A DNA stretch of 64,000 nt from Gemmatimonadaceae bacterium (GTDB taxonomy: Bacteria > Gemmatimonadota > Gemmatimonadetes > Gemmatimonadales > Gemmatimonadaceae): the NCBI GenBank assembly GCA_046261975.1, contig JBHENQ010000107.1, positions 11,006-75,005 on the forward strand, given 5' to 3'. Below are positions 47,883 to 57,302 of this stretch, one piece after another. How positions within the stretch are numbered: position 1 is the stretch's first letter; each line of letters begins with the position of its first letter. A model generated the notes under the pieces. It was not told the origin of the DNA and ran no database searches. It saw nothing but the letters and a program-made list of their open reading frames with translations. The position numbers and the translations under genes were made by a program.

Positions 47883-47998
47883 TTACAGGTCACAGCTGAC
47901 AGGTAACAGCTGACAGGTAACACCTAACACTTGTTGTCACCTGTGACCTGTTCCCTGTCACCTGTGACCTGTCACCTGTTCCCTGTTACCTGTAACTA
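47883..47998. repeat. inverted repeat built from ACAGGTN / CAGCTGA heptamer-like units (left arm about 38 nt, right arm about 62 nt)
   Basis: ttacaggtcacagctgacaggtaacagctgacaggtaaca ... tgtcacctgtgacctgttccctgtcacctgtgacctgtcacctgttccctgttacctgtaa read directly. Between the CBS gene and the zinc-ribbon gene. Confidence 0.9.
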
Positions 47999-48010
47999 GT
48001 CCCTGTTAGT

Positions 48011-48841
48011 TTGCTGCTGGTGACGAGTTCCGTAAGCACGTTCTGCCCGTCCTGTTCGTCTCCTGCCAGCGGTCACTTCTGCTCATCGTGCGGGGCGCCA
48101 CTTCAGGGTGTCGCCTGCAGTGCCTGCCGGGCGCCCCTCACACCGGGTGCGAAATTTTGCCATCGCTGTGGGACCCCGGTTGGGGCAGGGGCGAGCACTA
48201 CCGTCACGGCGAGTTCGGGGTCAGGTCACCTTACTTCCGCTCTGCCGTGGACCATAGCCCTGATTGCCGTCGTTGCACTCATCGCACTCTTGGCGGGCCA
48301 GCGCTTCAATCGGCAGACCGCCAGGTCCCTCGATGCACCGCTCAATGCTCTGCCTCAAACAGGGCTTGATGATCGCGCGGGGGCAGCGGGCGGAGCCACC
48401 CGGGCACCTGACATCTCGCGGATGACGCCGCGGGAGAGGGCAGATCGCCTCTTCAATATCATCATGGAACTCGATCAGCGCGGTCGCATTGACAGCGTGC
48501 AGTTTTTCGCGCAGATGGCGATACCAGCACATCTGATGCTCCCCGCCCTCGACGCCGACGCGCGATACCATATCGGACGCATCGAGCAGGCGGCCAGAAT
48601 ACCACCGTTTGGCTCTGGTCAGGCAGACACGATTCTGCAGGCGAATCCCACGCACCTTCTGGGTCTGATTCTCGCGCTCCAAGCTGCCCGCTCCGCTGGC
48701 AACGAGCGTGTCGCCCATGATTTCACATCCCGTCTCCTGGCAAGCGTAGCCGAGGAGCGGCGCAGGAAACTTCCAGAGTATGAGGGTCACAAGGCCGATA
48801 TCGAGCGTGCCCTGAGCATCGCGGGAACAGAACCCAAGTGA
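48011..48841 (+). CDS. zinc-ribbon membrane protein (hypothetical)
   Basis: N-terminal double CxxC zinc-ribbon (CPSCSS...CSSCGA; CSACRA...CHRCGT), one TM helix, helical C-terminal domain. 276 aa (start uncertain). Confidence 0.5.
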   Translation: MLLVTSSVSTFCPSCSSPASGHFCSSCGAPLQGVACSACRAPLTPGAKFCHRCGTPVGAGASTTVTASSGSGHLTSALPWTIALIAVVALIALLAGQRFNRQTARSLDAPLNALPQTGLDDRAGAAGGATRAPDISRMTPRERADRLFNIIMELDQRGRIDSVQFFAQMAIPAHLMLPALDADARYHIGRIEQAARIPPFGSGQADTILQANPTHLLGLILALQAARSAGNERVAHDFTSRLLASVAEERRRKLPEYEGHKADIERALSIAGTEPK

Positions 48842-49674
48842 GCAGGACCATTCATGTGGCTCACAGTCCTGACTCGGATGACGCCTTCATGTTCTACGCA
48901 CTTGCGGAAGGCAAGATCGACACCGGGGACATTCGATACATCCACGAGCTTCAGGACATCGAATCGCTCAACCAGAGGGCGCTTCGCGGCGAACTCGATG
49001 TCACAGCCGTTTCCTTCCATGCCTACGCCTATCTGGCGGACCGCTACGCGCTGTTGCCGCACGGTGCGTCCTTCGGGGACCACTACGGACCGCGACTCGT
49101 TGCCCGCGAGCCTTTGTCCCGAGTGGACGTCCGCGGCAAACGCATCGCGATTCCGGGTCCGCTCACTTCAGCGTTTCTGGCACTGAAGCTCTACGAGCCT
49201 GCGTTCGAACCCGTACCTATTGCCTTTGATGCGATCGAGGAGGCCGTGGCGGACAATACAGTAGACCTTGGACTCCTGATCCACGAAGGGCAGTTGACTT
49301 TCGGCGATCGCGGGCTTCATCTCATCGCTGATTTGGGCGAATGGTGGTTTGACGAAACTGGACTTCCCCTCCCACTCGGTGGGAATGTGATTCGCAAGGA
49401 TCTCGGCGCCGAAACGATGCTGGATGTATCGCGACACCTCCGGTCCAGCATAGCGTTTGCTCTAGACCACCGACCCGCGGCGCTCGACCATGCAATGCAG
49501 TATGCTCGCGGTCTGGATCGCACGAAAGCCGATACTTTCGTCGGGATGTACGTCAATGATTGGACGCTGGACTACGGCGAGCGAGGCCGGCTCGCCGTGA
49601 AAACTCTGCTCGATCGCGGATTCGAGGCGGGTGTCATTCCCCACCAAGTAAAGCTCGAATTCGTTCAGGATTAG
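48838..49674 (+). CDS. menaquinone (futalosine-pathway) MqnD/MqnA-family protein, probably 1,4-dihydroxy-6-naphthoate synthase
   Basis: N-terminal HVAHSPDSDDAFMFYAL matches the conserved SPCPNDTFIF region of MqnD (VitK2_biosynth / periplasmic-binding-fold family). 278 aa. No other mqn genes in window. Confidence 0.6.
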   Translation: MSRTIHVAHSPDSDDAFMFYALAEGKIDTGDIRYIHELQDIESLNQRALRGELDVTAVSFHAYAYLADRYALLPHGASFGDHYGPRLVAREPLSRVDVRGKRIAIPGPLTSAFLALKLYEPAFEPVPIAFDAIEEAVADNTVDLGLLIHEGQLTFGDRGLHLIADLGEWWFDETGLPLPLGGNVIRKDLGAETMLDVSRHLRSSIAFALDHRPAALDHAMQYARGLDRTKADTFVGMYVNDWTLDYGERGRLAVKTLLDRGFEAGVIPHQVKLEFVQD

Positions 49675-49723
49675 AAATCCTTCACGATGGTGACACGCCT
49701 TCGCCGCGAATCGTCCGTCCAAC

Positions 49724-52426
49724 GTGAGCACTACACTACCATTGATCGTTTCCGAAAGCCTGGACTCATCTTGCGCTGAGCCTGATCCCCTACCCGACCC
49801 ACAGCAAGAGATGGCTGCCGGGTTGGCAATTATCGATCTCGAGCTCGCAGAAGAAGGCCTCGAGCCCGGAGAAGCGCTGGCATTTCTGACATCCCAGGCC
49901 CAGACGCTGCTCCGGGCCGAGGGTGCTTGCGTGGTTCTCCTGGAAGAAAGCGAATATGTGTTCAGGAACGGCGTCGGCACTTTCGCGCAAGCCACAGGTC
50001 CGTTACCCCGCGCTAGACAGCCTCTCGCGTCCCTGGCGTCGGTGAGCCGCCACGCAGTCATCAGCAATGATGCAAGGGCTGACCCCCATGTAGACGCACG
50101 AATGGTCGCTCGGTTTGGCGCGAGACAGGTGGTGCTGGCGCCCGTGGTGGTGGACCACGCCGTGGTCGGTGCACTCATTGTCGTCAATAGTCACCGCGGT
50201 TCGTTCTCGAGCGACGAAGGAAGGCTTCTGGAGAAGCTGGCCGAACGGGCCGCACTAGTAATGCGAAGCAGCGCACTCCTCGAACATGTCGAGCGAAGAG
50301 CCATCGAGGTAAGAGCATTGCACGCCGTTGCCGTCAGAAAGACCCGTGATGCCAGCGTTCTCGCAGCGGCAGCCCGAAGCCTGACGCTCAGCGTCACTCC
50401 CCAGGAGATGTACGCCGAGGCGAGCCGCATAGCGCAGGAATCGCTGGAAGCCGACGGAGTGGAGATATACATCGCCGCTCCCCATGCTCGTCAGGCTGCA
50501 CTGACGGACGGCATTGGGAGCCCCTCAGTGTCTCTCACGCTCTCTTCGTTCTGGGAAACAGCTGACAATCACGCTGTCTCGGGCGGGCATGTGCAGTTTC
50601 GTAGCGAACTCAGAGACTTCAGAGACGAGCCAGGCGTGGAAGCACTTCTGGCGACTGGCGCCGTTTCAGGTGCAACCCTCCCGCTTGTCATGGAAGGACG
50701 TCCGCAGGGTCTGATTCATCTGCGCTTTGGCAAGCGGCAGGAATTCGATGCCGACCAACGAGAACTTCTTCTGCACTTCAGCGCGCTGATTGCGTCCGCG
50801 TTGCGGAATGCGCTTCTTTTCGCAGAGCTGGAACGACGCGCCACTCGATTGCGCGCGGTTGCCCAGGTCCAGCGGGCTATCACTGAAGTGATGGCCCTGG
50901 ACGAAGTCTACAATGAGATATACAAGGCGGTCGCTTCGGTGGTGGACTCTCCTTGTCTCGTGGTGATGGGGTACGATGAGAAGGAAAATGCGTTCTCGCC
51001 CCTCTACGTTGTGAACGATGGCGTTCGGATCTCGCACGATACCCTCCCTCACATACCACTCGCGAGTGGCGCCACAAGCCAGGCGTTCAGGACAGGTGAG
51101 CCAAACATTTCGGCGCGAACGCGTCAGGGGTGGAGCGGCCAATCATATCACGTGGCCGGCGTGCACGACATTGCCGTCATTCTGAGCGCGCCCATCATTC
51201 ACGGCGAACGTGTATTGGGCGTCATTCAGGCACAGTCGTACCAGCAAGATGCGTATGATTGGGACGACATGGATCTGATCATGCTCATAGCCAGACAGGC
51301 GGGAACAGCCATCGTAAACGCCCGTCTTCGTGACGAGGAGCGCGCGAATCAAGCCCGCCAGCAGACGCTGGCAACTGCACTCGAGATCATGCAGCAACCG
51401 ATTTTCATACTCTCGGCAGAGGCGAAGATACGTTATGCGAATTCCGCGGCCATCCGTGAATACCAGTACTCCGCTGAGGAGCTGTTGGGCATGCACGCGT
51501 CGCTGCTACGGCCGCACGGTAAAGTTCTTGACGAGGAAGTTGCCGAGGTCCTGAGCGATCTTGAAACCGGAAAGTTCGAGGCGGAACGTGTCCATCAACG
51601 CAAAGACGGATCGGAATTCCCCGTACTTCTAACACTGAGTGATATCCGCGATTCGAAGGGCGACCGGGTTGGAATAGTCGCATCCACGCGCGATCTCGCC
51701 GGAGAGAAGCAAGCGGCGGAGTACATGCGGCATTCCGAGAGGCTGGCAGCGCTTGGCGAGCTCGTGGCGGGAGTTGCCCATGAGTTGAACAACCCGCTCA
51801 CTGGTATCGCCGCGCTTGCCCAGATTCTCCAGGAAGAAATAGTCGACGCAGGTCAGACCGAGTCGGTCCGCATGATCAAGCGCGAGGTCGACCGCGCAAT
51901 TGCCGTTGTGCGGGACCTTCTCGCCTTTGCTCACAAGACTGGACCAAGAAGCGTTTCGGTCAACATCAACGAGCTCGTCCAGCAGATCCTTCGCCTCAGG
52001 AGTTATGGCCTTCGCGGTGCGGGAATCACGGTCGAGCTCGATGCAACCACGGAGCGGTGCTTCGTGGTTGGAGACGATCGCCAACTCCAGCAGGTGTTGC
52101 TGAATATCGTGTTGAACGCGGAGCATGCGATGACGGCGTCCGAGGAGCGCGTCCTGAGAATACGCACCGCGTACGAGCGCAACCGTATAGTCATCGAGAT
52201 CTCGGACACCGGCGTCGGAATGTCCGCCAAGACGCAGAAGCGCATCTTTGAGCCGTTCTTCACCACTAAACCTGAAGGTCAAGGCACCGGCCTTGGTCTG
52301 AGCGTCAGTTACGGGATACTCCAGGCGCACGGAGGAACGATATCCGTGCAGAGCGCGCCCAATAGCGGTACGGCTTTTCGCATTTCCCTTCCGGCCATGG
52401 ATCCCGTAGCAACCAACCTGAGCTGA
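49724..52426 (+). CDS. multi-GAF / PAS sensor histidine kinase
   Basis: Several GAF-like blocks, a PAS region, HisKA (VAHELNNPL) and HATPase_c (GTGLGLSVSYGILQAHGG). GTG start at 49724 (start uncertain). 900 aa. Confidence 0.8.
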   Translation: MSTTLPLIVSESLDSSCAEPDPLPDPQQEMAAGLAIIDLELAEEGLEPGEALAFLTSQAQTLLRAEGACVVLLEESEYVFRNGVGTFAQATGPLPRARQPLASLASVSRHAVISNDARADPHVDARMVARFGARQVVLAPVVVDHAVVGALIVVNSHRGSFSSDEGRLLEKLAERAALVMRSSALLEHVERRAIEVRALHAVAVRKTRDASVLAAAARSLTLSVTPQEMYAEASRIAQESLEADGVEIYIAAPHARQAALTDGIGSPSVSLTLSSFWETADNHAVSGGHVQFRSELRDFRDEPGVEALLATGAVSGATLPLVMEGRPQGLIHLRFGKRQEFDADQRELLLHFSALIASALRNALLFAELERRATRLRAVAQVQRAITEVMALDEVYNEIYKAVASVVDSPCLVVMGYDEKENAFSPLYVVNDGVRISHDTLPHIPLASGATSQAFRTGEPNISARTRQGWSGQSYHVAGVHDIAVILSAPIIHGERVLGVIQAQSYQQDAYDWDDMDLIMLIARQAGTAIVNARLRDEERANQARQQTLATALEIMQQPIFILSAEAKIRYANSAAIREYQYSAEELLGMHASLLRPHGKVLDEEVAEVLSDLETGKFEAERVHQRKDGSEFPVLLTLSDIRDSKGDRVGIVASTRDLAGEKQAAEYMRHSERLAALGELVAGVAHELNNPLTGIAALAQILQEEIVDAGQTESVRMIKREVDRAIAVVRDLLAFAHKTGPRSVSVNINELVQQILRLRSYGLRGAGITVELDATTERCFVVGDDRQLQQVLLNIVLNAEHAMTASEERVLRIRTAYERNRIVIEISDTGVGMSAKTQKRIFEPFFTTKPEGQGTGLGLSVSYGILQAHGGTISVQSAPNSGTAFRISLPAMDPVATNLS

Positions 52427-52433
52427 GTCTGTC

Positions 52434-53546
52434 ATGACAGTAACGATGCCCGAATCCGCAGTACCACCTCCGTTCCGGCCCAAGAGCCCGGACTCTTCGC
52501 TCCGGCGCATCCTCGTTGTGGACGATGAGGACACCATTCGACACGCGCTTTCCAGGTACCTCCGGTTACGCCAGTACGAGGTGGACACGGCCGAGAGCGG
52601 AAAGGTGGCGATGGAACGGCTTGCGGAATCACGATACGCGGTGATGGTAAGCGATGTGCGCATGCCAGGAATGTCGGGTCTTGAAGTGCTGCGGTTCGCC
52701 CGCGAGCTCGACGAGGATATCGGAGTCGTGATGCTCAGCGCAGTCAACGATGCGCCGACCGCTACGGAGGCGCTCGCCGGTGGAGCCTTGGACTACCTCA
52801 CCAAACCGATCGACCTGGGCGACTTCCAGAAAGCCATCGAGGCGGCAATACGGAAGCGAGAGCTCCTCATGGCGCAGCGCCACGTGGAGCGCCAGATCCG
52901 CGATGAGGTAGCGCTTCGCACCGAAGAGCTCGAAAAGGAGAAGCTAGCACTTCGAAATCTTACCGTCGCGGTCGCCGAGGCTCTCGTCAATGCCATGGAG
53001 GCCAAGGACCTCTATCTGCTCGGCCATTCACATCGTGTGGCGGAGCTGGCAGCCTCCATGGCGAGCGCTCTCAAGCTCGATGAGGACACCATCGAGGCCG
53101 TCCGGCTAGCCGGCCGAATTCACGACATCGGAAAGATAGGAATCCGCGAGGCCGTGCTTCACAAACCCGGAAAGCTCGATACCCAGGAGTTCGAACACGT
53201 AAAGGAGCACGTTAGAATAGGAATGGATATCCTGGCTCCCCTCAAGCACATCGGTCAAACGTTACAGTTCGTCCAGGATCACCACGAGCATGTTGACGGC
53301 ACCGGCTATCCGCGCGGGCTCGCCGGGGACGCCATCTCAATCGGAGGCCAAATCCTTTGCGCCGCCGACGCATTTGACGCTCTGACCTCCAAACGGCCTT
53401 ACCGAGAACCGATGACCCCACTGGAGACGGTAGATTATCTCAAAGGGGTGGTCGGCACTCTCATCAGTTCACGGGTTTACAACGCTCTGCGCTCCGTCGT
53501 TACGCGTCGCAAAAGCCTGATCTTCCTGGAGAACACGGTCCCCTGA
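52434..53546 (+). CDS. two-component response regulator with HD-GYP phosphodiesterase output domain
   Basis: Receiver domain (ILVVDDEDTIRHAL..., conserved Asp in MVSDVRMPGMSG). HD-GYP (HSHRVAEL...HHEHVDGTGYPRG). 370 aa. 8 nt after the kinase stop. Confidence 0.85.
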   Translation: MTVTMPESAVPPPFRPKSPDSSLRRILVVDDEDTIRHALSRYLRLRQYEVDTAESGKVAMERLAESRYAVMVSDVRMPGMSGLEVLRFARELDEDIGVVMLSAVNDAPTATEALAGGALDYLTKPIDLGDFQKAIEAAIRKRELLMAQRHVERQIRDEVALRTEELEKEKLALRNLTVAVAEALVNAMEAKDLYLLGHSHRVAELAASMASALKLDEDTIEAVRLAGRIHDIGKIGIREAVLHKPGKLDTQEFEHVKEHVRIGMDILAPLKHIGQTLQFVQDHHEHVDGTGYPRGLAGDAISIGGQILCAADAFDALTSKRPYREPMTPLETVDYLKGVVGTLISSRVYNALRSVVTRRKSLIFLENTVP

Positions 53547-53656
53547 CAGCTTAAGGCGCGGATAGCCGTCGCTCGAGAGGGGACCTTTTACACACCGAGA
53601 CGTCGCCGGTCCTAGGCAGTCGGCGCCCTCCTCGGCGAGTCTTTTGGCTTGCTGGC

Positions 53657-53685
53657 TTGACGGAATGGGTAAGCGGTTGTATTGG
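53657..53685 (+). promoter_or_regulatory. sigma70-like promoter (TTGACG - 17 nt - TATTGG) upstream of the H1-like protein gene
   Basis: Hexamers read directly at 53657-53662 and 53680-53685. AGGAGG RBS precedes ATG 53774. Confidence 0.35.
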
Positions 53686-53773
53686 GGAGGGCGGACAGAA
53701 TGTCCGGCATGTTGCGTGCATCCGGCCATAGGAATCCGATCGACCACAGCCCGTTCGCGCACAACACAGGAGG

Positions 53774-54418
53774 ATGAAAATGCCGCGGGGTGACGAGTTT
53801 AACGACGACAATCCCTACGATCGGGATGAAGAGGAAGATCTGGGCTTCGGAGGCGGAGGCGCGTCCTACGACGACGAAGATGAGGAGGGCAGTACCAGCT
53901 GGACGATAGCGAAGAGTCCAGCCGAAGGGTTGTGGGACACGACCGACGATGACGATGATGATGAGGAGCTCGTCGGTACTGGCGAGGAGGATCCGGCATC
54001 CGCCGGCTCAGAGGATGACGATGACATGTCAGGCGGGCTGTTGAGCTCGACTCCCGCACGTCGCGGACGGCCTCGTGGATCGAAGACTGTCCAGCGCTTT
54101 GCAACGTCGAAAGGGGCTGCGCCTTCTTCTCCCGCCAACAGCGCTTCTCAGCTCCCCCTGGCAGCCGCCAGTAAGGCTGCACCGGCAACTTCGGCCCCCA
54201 AGACAGCATCCGCACCCAAGGTGAAGAAGAGCCCAAGCAAGAAGCCAAAGAAGAAGACTGCACCAGCGAAGAAAGCCACAGCGCTCAAGGCCAGACCGAA
54301 GAAGAACAAGAAGACCACCTCGGCTACGGGCCGCAAGGGCATCAGCAAGGCGGGCGCTAAAAGAAACGGGCGCGCTGGGTCCCGAACAAAAACGACCCCG
54401 AAGAAAGGCAAACGCTAG
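53774..54418 (+). CDS. low-complexity DNA-binding-type protein: acidic N-terminal half, AT-hook (RRGRPRGSK), histone-H1-like Lys/Ala/Pro-rich C-terminal tail
   Basis: 214 aa. Residues 1-110 are Asp/Glu-rich (DDDDDDEE runs). Then RGRP AT-hook core. Last 90 aa are KKxxAPAKKA repeats (PKVKKSPSKKPKKKTAPAKKATALKARPKKNKK). Strong RBS. Confidence 0.6.
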   Translation: MKMPRGDEFNDDNPYDRDEEEDLGFGGGGASYDDEDEEGSTSWTIAKSPAEGLWDTTDDDDDDEELVGTGEEDPASAGSEDDDDMSGGLLSSTPARRGRPRGSKTVQRFATSKGAAPSSPANSASQLPLAAASKAAPATSAPKTASAPKVKKSPSKKPKKKTAPAKKATALKARPKKNKKTTSATGRKGISKAGAKRNGRAGSRTKTTPKKGKR

Positions 54419-54540
54419 AAGAGCCGGAGGCCGGCGGTAGGCTCTTGGGAATCGGGAGTCGGAAACGCGAAGCGTTCCGATTCCCGGCTCTTGACCTCCC
54501 TTCCCACGCTCTCCGCTCCGAGTTAAGGTATTCACCGGAC

Positions 54541-55086
54541 ATGTCAGATTCTCCCGTCGCCCTGTTGCGCGCGCACGCCCGTCATGCACCCTGGAATGCT
54601 CGCGGACTCGCCGCGCATACCACGGCGCTAGTGGATGCGGCAGCTATGCGCCCGACGAACGCAGCGGCCCGGGCATCCCCGAGTGCACGTGCCGTACGAT
54701 TCTACGTCGCAAACGGACTGCTGCATCGTCCCGAGGGAACAGGAACCGCGGCGACTTACAACTACCGCCACTTGTTACAACTTCTCTTCATCAAGATCCG
54801 CCAGCGCGAGGGAGTAACGCTGGACCGCATTAAGACCGAGCTGATCGAACAAACTGGTGATGCACTGGAGCGCCGCGTCGCGGTATCGCTGGCACCGACG
54901 CTGGGTGCCGGAGCGGAAAACGTCACAGCACAGATTGACGGCTCCGAGGCCGTTTGGAGGCGCGTTCAGGTAGCGGAAGGCATCGAAGTCCACGTGCGAG
55001 ACGACACACCAGCGGCTCGGGAGCACGCTATGCTGGCGATCCGCGAAGCTGTGAGAGCCGCTCTTGGTCGCGAAGATATCAGATAA
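54541..55086 (+). CDS. MerR-family-like transcriptional regulator (tentative)
   Basis: RAVRFYVANGLL...YNYRHLLQLLFIKIRQREGVTLDRIK resembles the MerR HTH-plus-wing-plus-coiled-coil pattern (RYYExxGLL ... L..I...R..G.SL.EI). Start at ATG 54541. Confidence 0.45.
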   Translation: MSDSPVALLRAHARHAPWNARGLAAHTTALVDAAAMRPTNAAARASPSARAVRFYVANGLLHRPEGTGTAATYNYRHLLQLLFIKIRQREGVTLDRIKTELIEQTGDALERRVAVSLAPTLGAGAENVTAQIDGSEAVWRRVQVAEGIEVHVRDDTPAAREHAMLAIREAVRAALGREDIR

Positions 55087-55090
55087 AGCT

Positions 55091-55193
55091 AGGGATTAGG
55101 GATTAGGGATTAGGGATTAGGGAAAATGGCAGTGCCATTTGTAGTCCTCTAGTCCTAGTCCCTAATCCCTAATCCCTAATCCCTAATCCCTAG
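55091..55193. repeat. inverted telomere-like heptamer arrays (AGGGATT)x4 / (TCCCTAA)x5 flanking a central 8-1-8 palindrome AAATGGCA-G-TGCCATTT
   Basis: Read directly. Between convergent MerR-like (+) and cls (-) genes. Confidence 0.95.
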
Positions 55194-55195
55194 CG

Positions 55196-56494
55196 TCAAA
55201 GTATTCGGCTGAGCATCACTGCTCCCCTTTCGCGCAGCTTTTCTCTCAGAGGGCGTTTCAGGAAGGATTCGAGCTTCAGTTCTTCCGAGAAGCGCAGGTC
55301 CTCCAGAAACATTGCGTCCATCTGTTTCCCGATGGCGATGTCGTGCACCATTAGAACCGATTCGTCGTTGAAGACCATCGAGCGGTTGTCGAAATTCATC
55401 GTTCCAATGGACGACCAGATACCATCTACCACAATCGTCTTGGCGTGGACCATGGTAGGCTGGTATTCATAAACCTTCACACCGCCGCGCAGCAGTTCTT
55501 CGTAATTGGCCCTGCCTGCAAAACGAGTCATTGGGACATCGGTCTTGTCACTGGCGGATAGTATCCGGACGTCCGCACCCCTCTTGGCCGCCTCTACCAG
55601 CAATCTGCGAAAATCGTCGTCGGGAACGAAATACCCGCTAGTCACGTACAGGGTCTTGCGGGCCCCTGCTAGCGTCAGTGCCAGGTAGCGCTCAGCTGGG
55701 GTGCTACCTATTGTAGGCGCGGCATGCATGAGACCCGACAGGCGCGATGCATCGGTATGGTATTGCTCAGGATGGAAAAAACCTTCCCCGGCCAGAAGCT
55801 CACCCGTTGCCTCAGCCCAACCAGCGGCGAATGTGGCCTGAAGCTGGCTTACCGCCGGGCCGCTGAACCGCACGTTGGTCTCACGCCATTGGTCGTCGTG
55901 CCGTCCATCGCCGTACCACTTGTCAGCTATGCCAAATCCGCCGGTGTAGCCGACATGACCATCCACCGTGACCACGCGTATGTGTGACCGCGACTGCGCC
56001 TTGTGAAGCGAGTACCAGTGCACCGGCCGAAACCTGGCGACCTCAATGCCTGCCACTCGGAGACTGTCGAAGTATTCGCTCTCCATGTCGCTTGATCCCA
56101 CCGCATCGACGAGTACCAGTATCCGCACCTTTGCCTGGGCACGTTCGATCAGAATCTTTTTGAGCGCTTCAGCCATCTCGCCCGGCTCATAATAGTACAT
56201 CTGTAGCGTGATCGAGCGCTTGGCTGACTGAAGGTCTTCCCAGAGTTTGGGATAAGTACCGTCTCCGTTGCTCAGAACCTCGATCGAATTCCCCGCAACC
56301 ATCATGGTCCCGCTAAGCAGTTGTATCGTTTGGACGAAACGTGGATCCGACGCTGCATACGGTTCGTCCTTGGCGCCTATGCCGCGCAAGCTCGAGACCG
56401 GCGTGCCCCGAGTCACATATAGGATTCCGATGAAGGCAAGTCCGAGTACCAGCAGACCGAGAACGATCAGACCCACGATCTTGCTCACTTGCAA
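55196..56494 (-). CDS. cls: cardiolipin synthase (phospholipase D family)
   Basis: N-terminal TM helices. Two HKD motifs (HIRVVTVDGHVGYTGGFGI...; HAKTIVVDGIWSSIGTMNFDNRS). 432 aa. Confidence 0.85.
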   Translation of the reverse strand: MQVSKIVGLIVLGLLVLGLAFIGILYVTRGTPVSSLRGIGAKDEPYAASDPRFVQTIQLLSGTMMVAGNSIEVLSNGDGTYPKLWEDLQSAKRSITLQMYYYEPGEMAEALKKILIERAQAKVRILVLVDAVGSSDMESEYFDSLRVAGIEVARFRPVHWYSLHKAQSRSHIRVVTVDGHVGYTGGFGIADKWYGDGRHDDQWRETNVRFSGPAVSQLQATFAAGWAEATGELLAGEGFFHPEQYHTDASRLSGLMHAAPTIGSTPAERYLALTLAGARKTLYVTSGYFVPDDDFRRLLVEAAKRGADVRILSASDKTDVPMTRFAGRANYEELLRGGVKVYEYQPTMVHAKTIVVDGIWSSIGTMNFDNRSMVFNDESVLMVHDIAIGKQMDAMFLEDLRFSEELKLESFLKRPLREKLRERGAVMLSRIL

Positions 56495-56589
56495 TTCTCC
56501 CTTGCACTGGCGTTGCGGCGCCGTGCCCTCTTGCCTTACGGTAAGGACGTGGCCATCGTCCGCGCTAACCTAACGGTGAGTGCCGAGCT

Positions 56590-57297
56590 TTGCGATTTGA
56601 CGAGCGCGTTGTGATAGTAACGGGTGTGGGACGTAAAGGTCAGGTAGGGGATTTCGTCGCGCGCACGTTTGCTACTCTTGGCGCGTTCGTCGTCGCTGTC
56701 GATCACGACGGCTCGGAGGTAAATGCCCGGGTGGACGAGCTGCAAGCTGCCGGATTGAAGGGCCAAGCGTACGAGTGCGATCTGACCAGCGAAGCTGCCG
56801 TGTCTACCCTCGCCTCGGCAATCTTGAACAAGTTTGAACGAGTGGATGCCCTGATCAATCTGGCGGGCGGCTTCTCCATGGGCGGGCCCCTTGCGGACAG
56901 CGACTTCCAGCTGTGGCAGAGGCAATTCGCGATCAATCTCACCACCGCCTACCTTGCGACACGGGCGCTGCTCCCATTGCTGCGGCCGGCTCGCGGCAGC
57001 ATTGTCTATATGTCCTCCGCTGCCGCGCTGCCTGGCGCCAAAGTCGCAGAGATGTCCGCTTACGCGGCGGCGAAAGGCGGTGTGATCACCCTGATGCGGG
57101 CAGTCGCGGAAGAAGAGCGGGAGCGTGGTGTTCGAGCGAACGCCCTGGCGCCCTCGGCCATTCGCACTGCGGCCAACGTTGAAACGATGGGCGAGAGCCG
57201 GAGCTACGTGTCACGCGAAGAGGTCGCCGCAACTATCACGCTCCTATGCTCGGAAGAAGCGCGGCCGATCACGGGGCAAGTGATAGCTATGGGCTGA
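56590..57297 (+). CDS. SDR family short-chain dehydrogenase/reductase
   Basis: Gly-rich NAD(P) motif VVIVTGVGRKGQVG, catalytic YAAAKGG (YxxxK). 235 aa (alternative start codon). Confidence 0.8.
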   Translation: MRFDERVVIVTGVGRKGQVGDFVARTFATLGAFVVAVDHDGSEVNARVDELQAAGLKGQAYECDLTSEAAVSTLASAILNKFERVDALINLAGGFSMGGPLADSDFQLWQRQFAINLTTAYLATRALLPLLRPARGSIVYMSSAAALPGAKVAEMSAYAAAKGGVITLMRAVAEEERERGVRANALAPSAIRTAANVETMGESRSYVSREEVAATITLLCSEEARPITGQVIAMG

Positions 57298-57302
57298 CAT
57301 TT

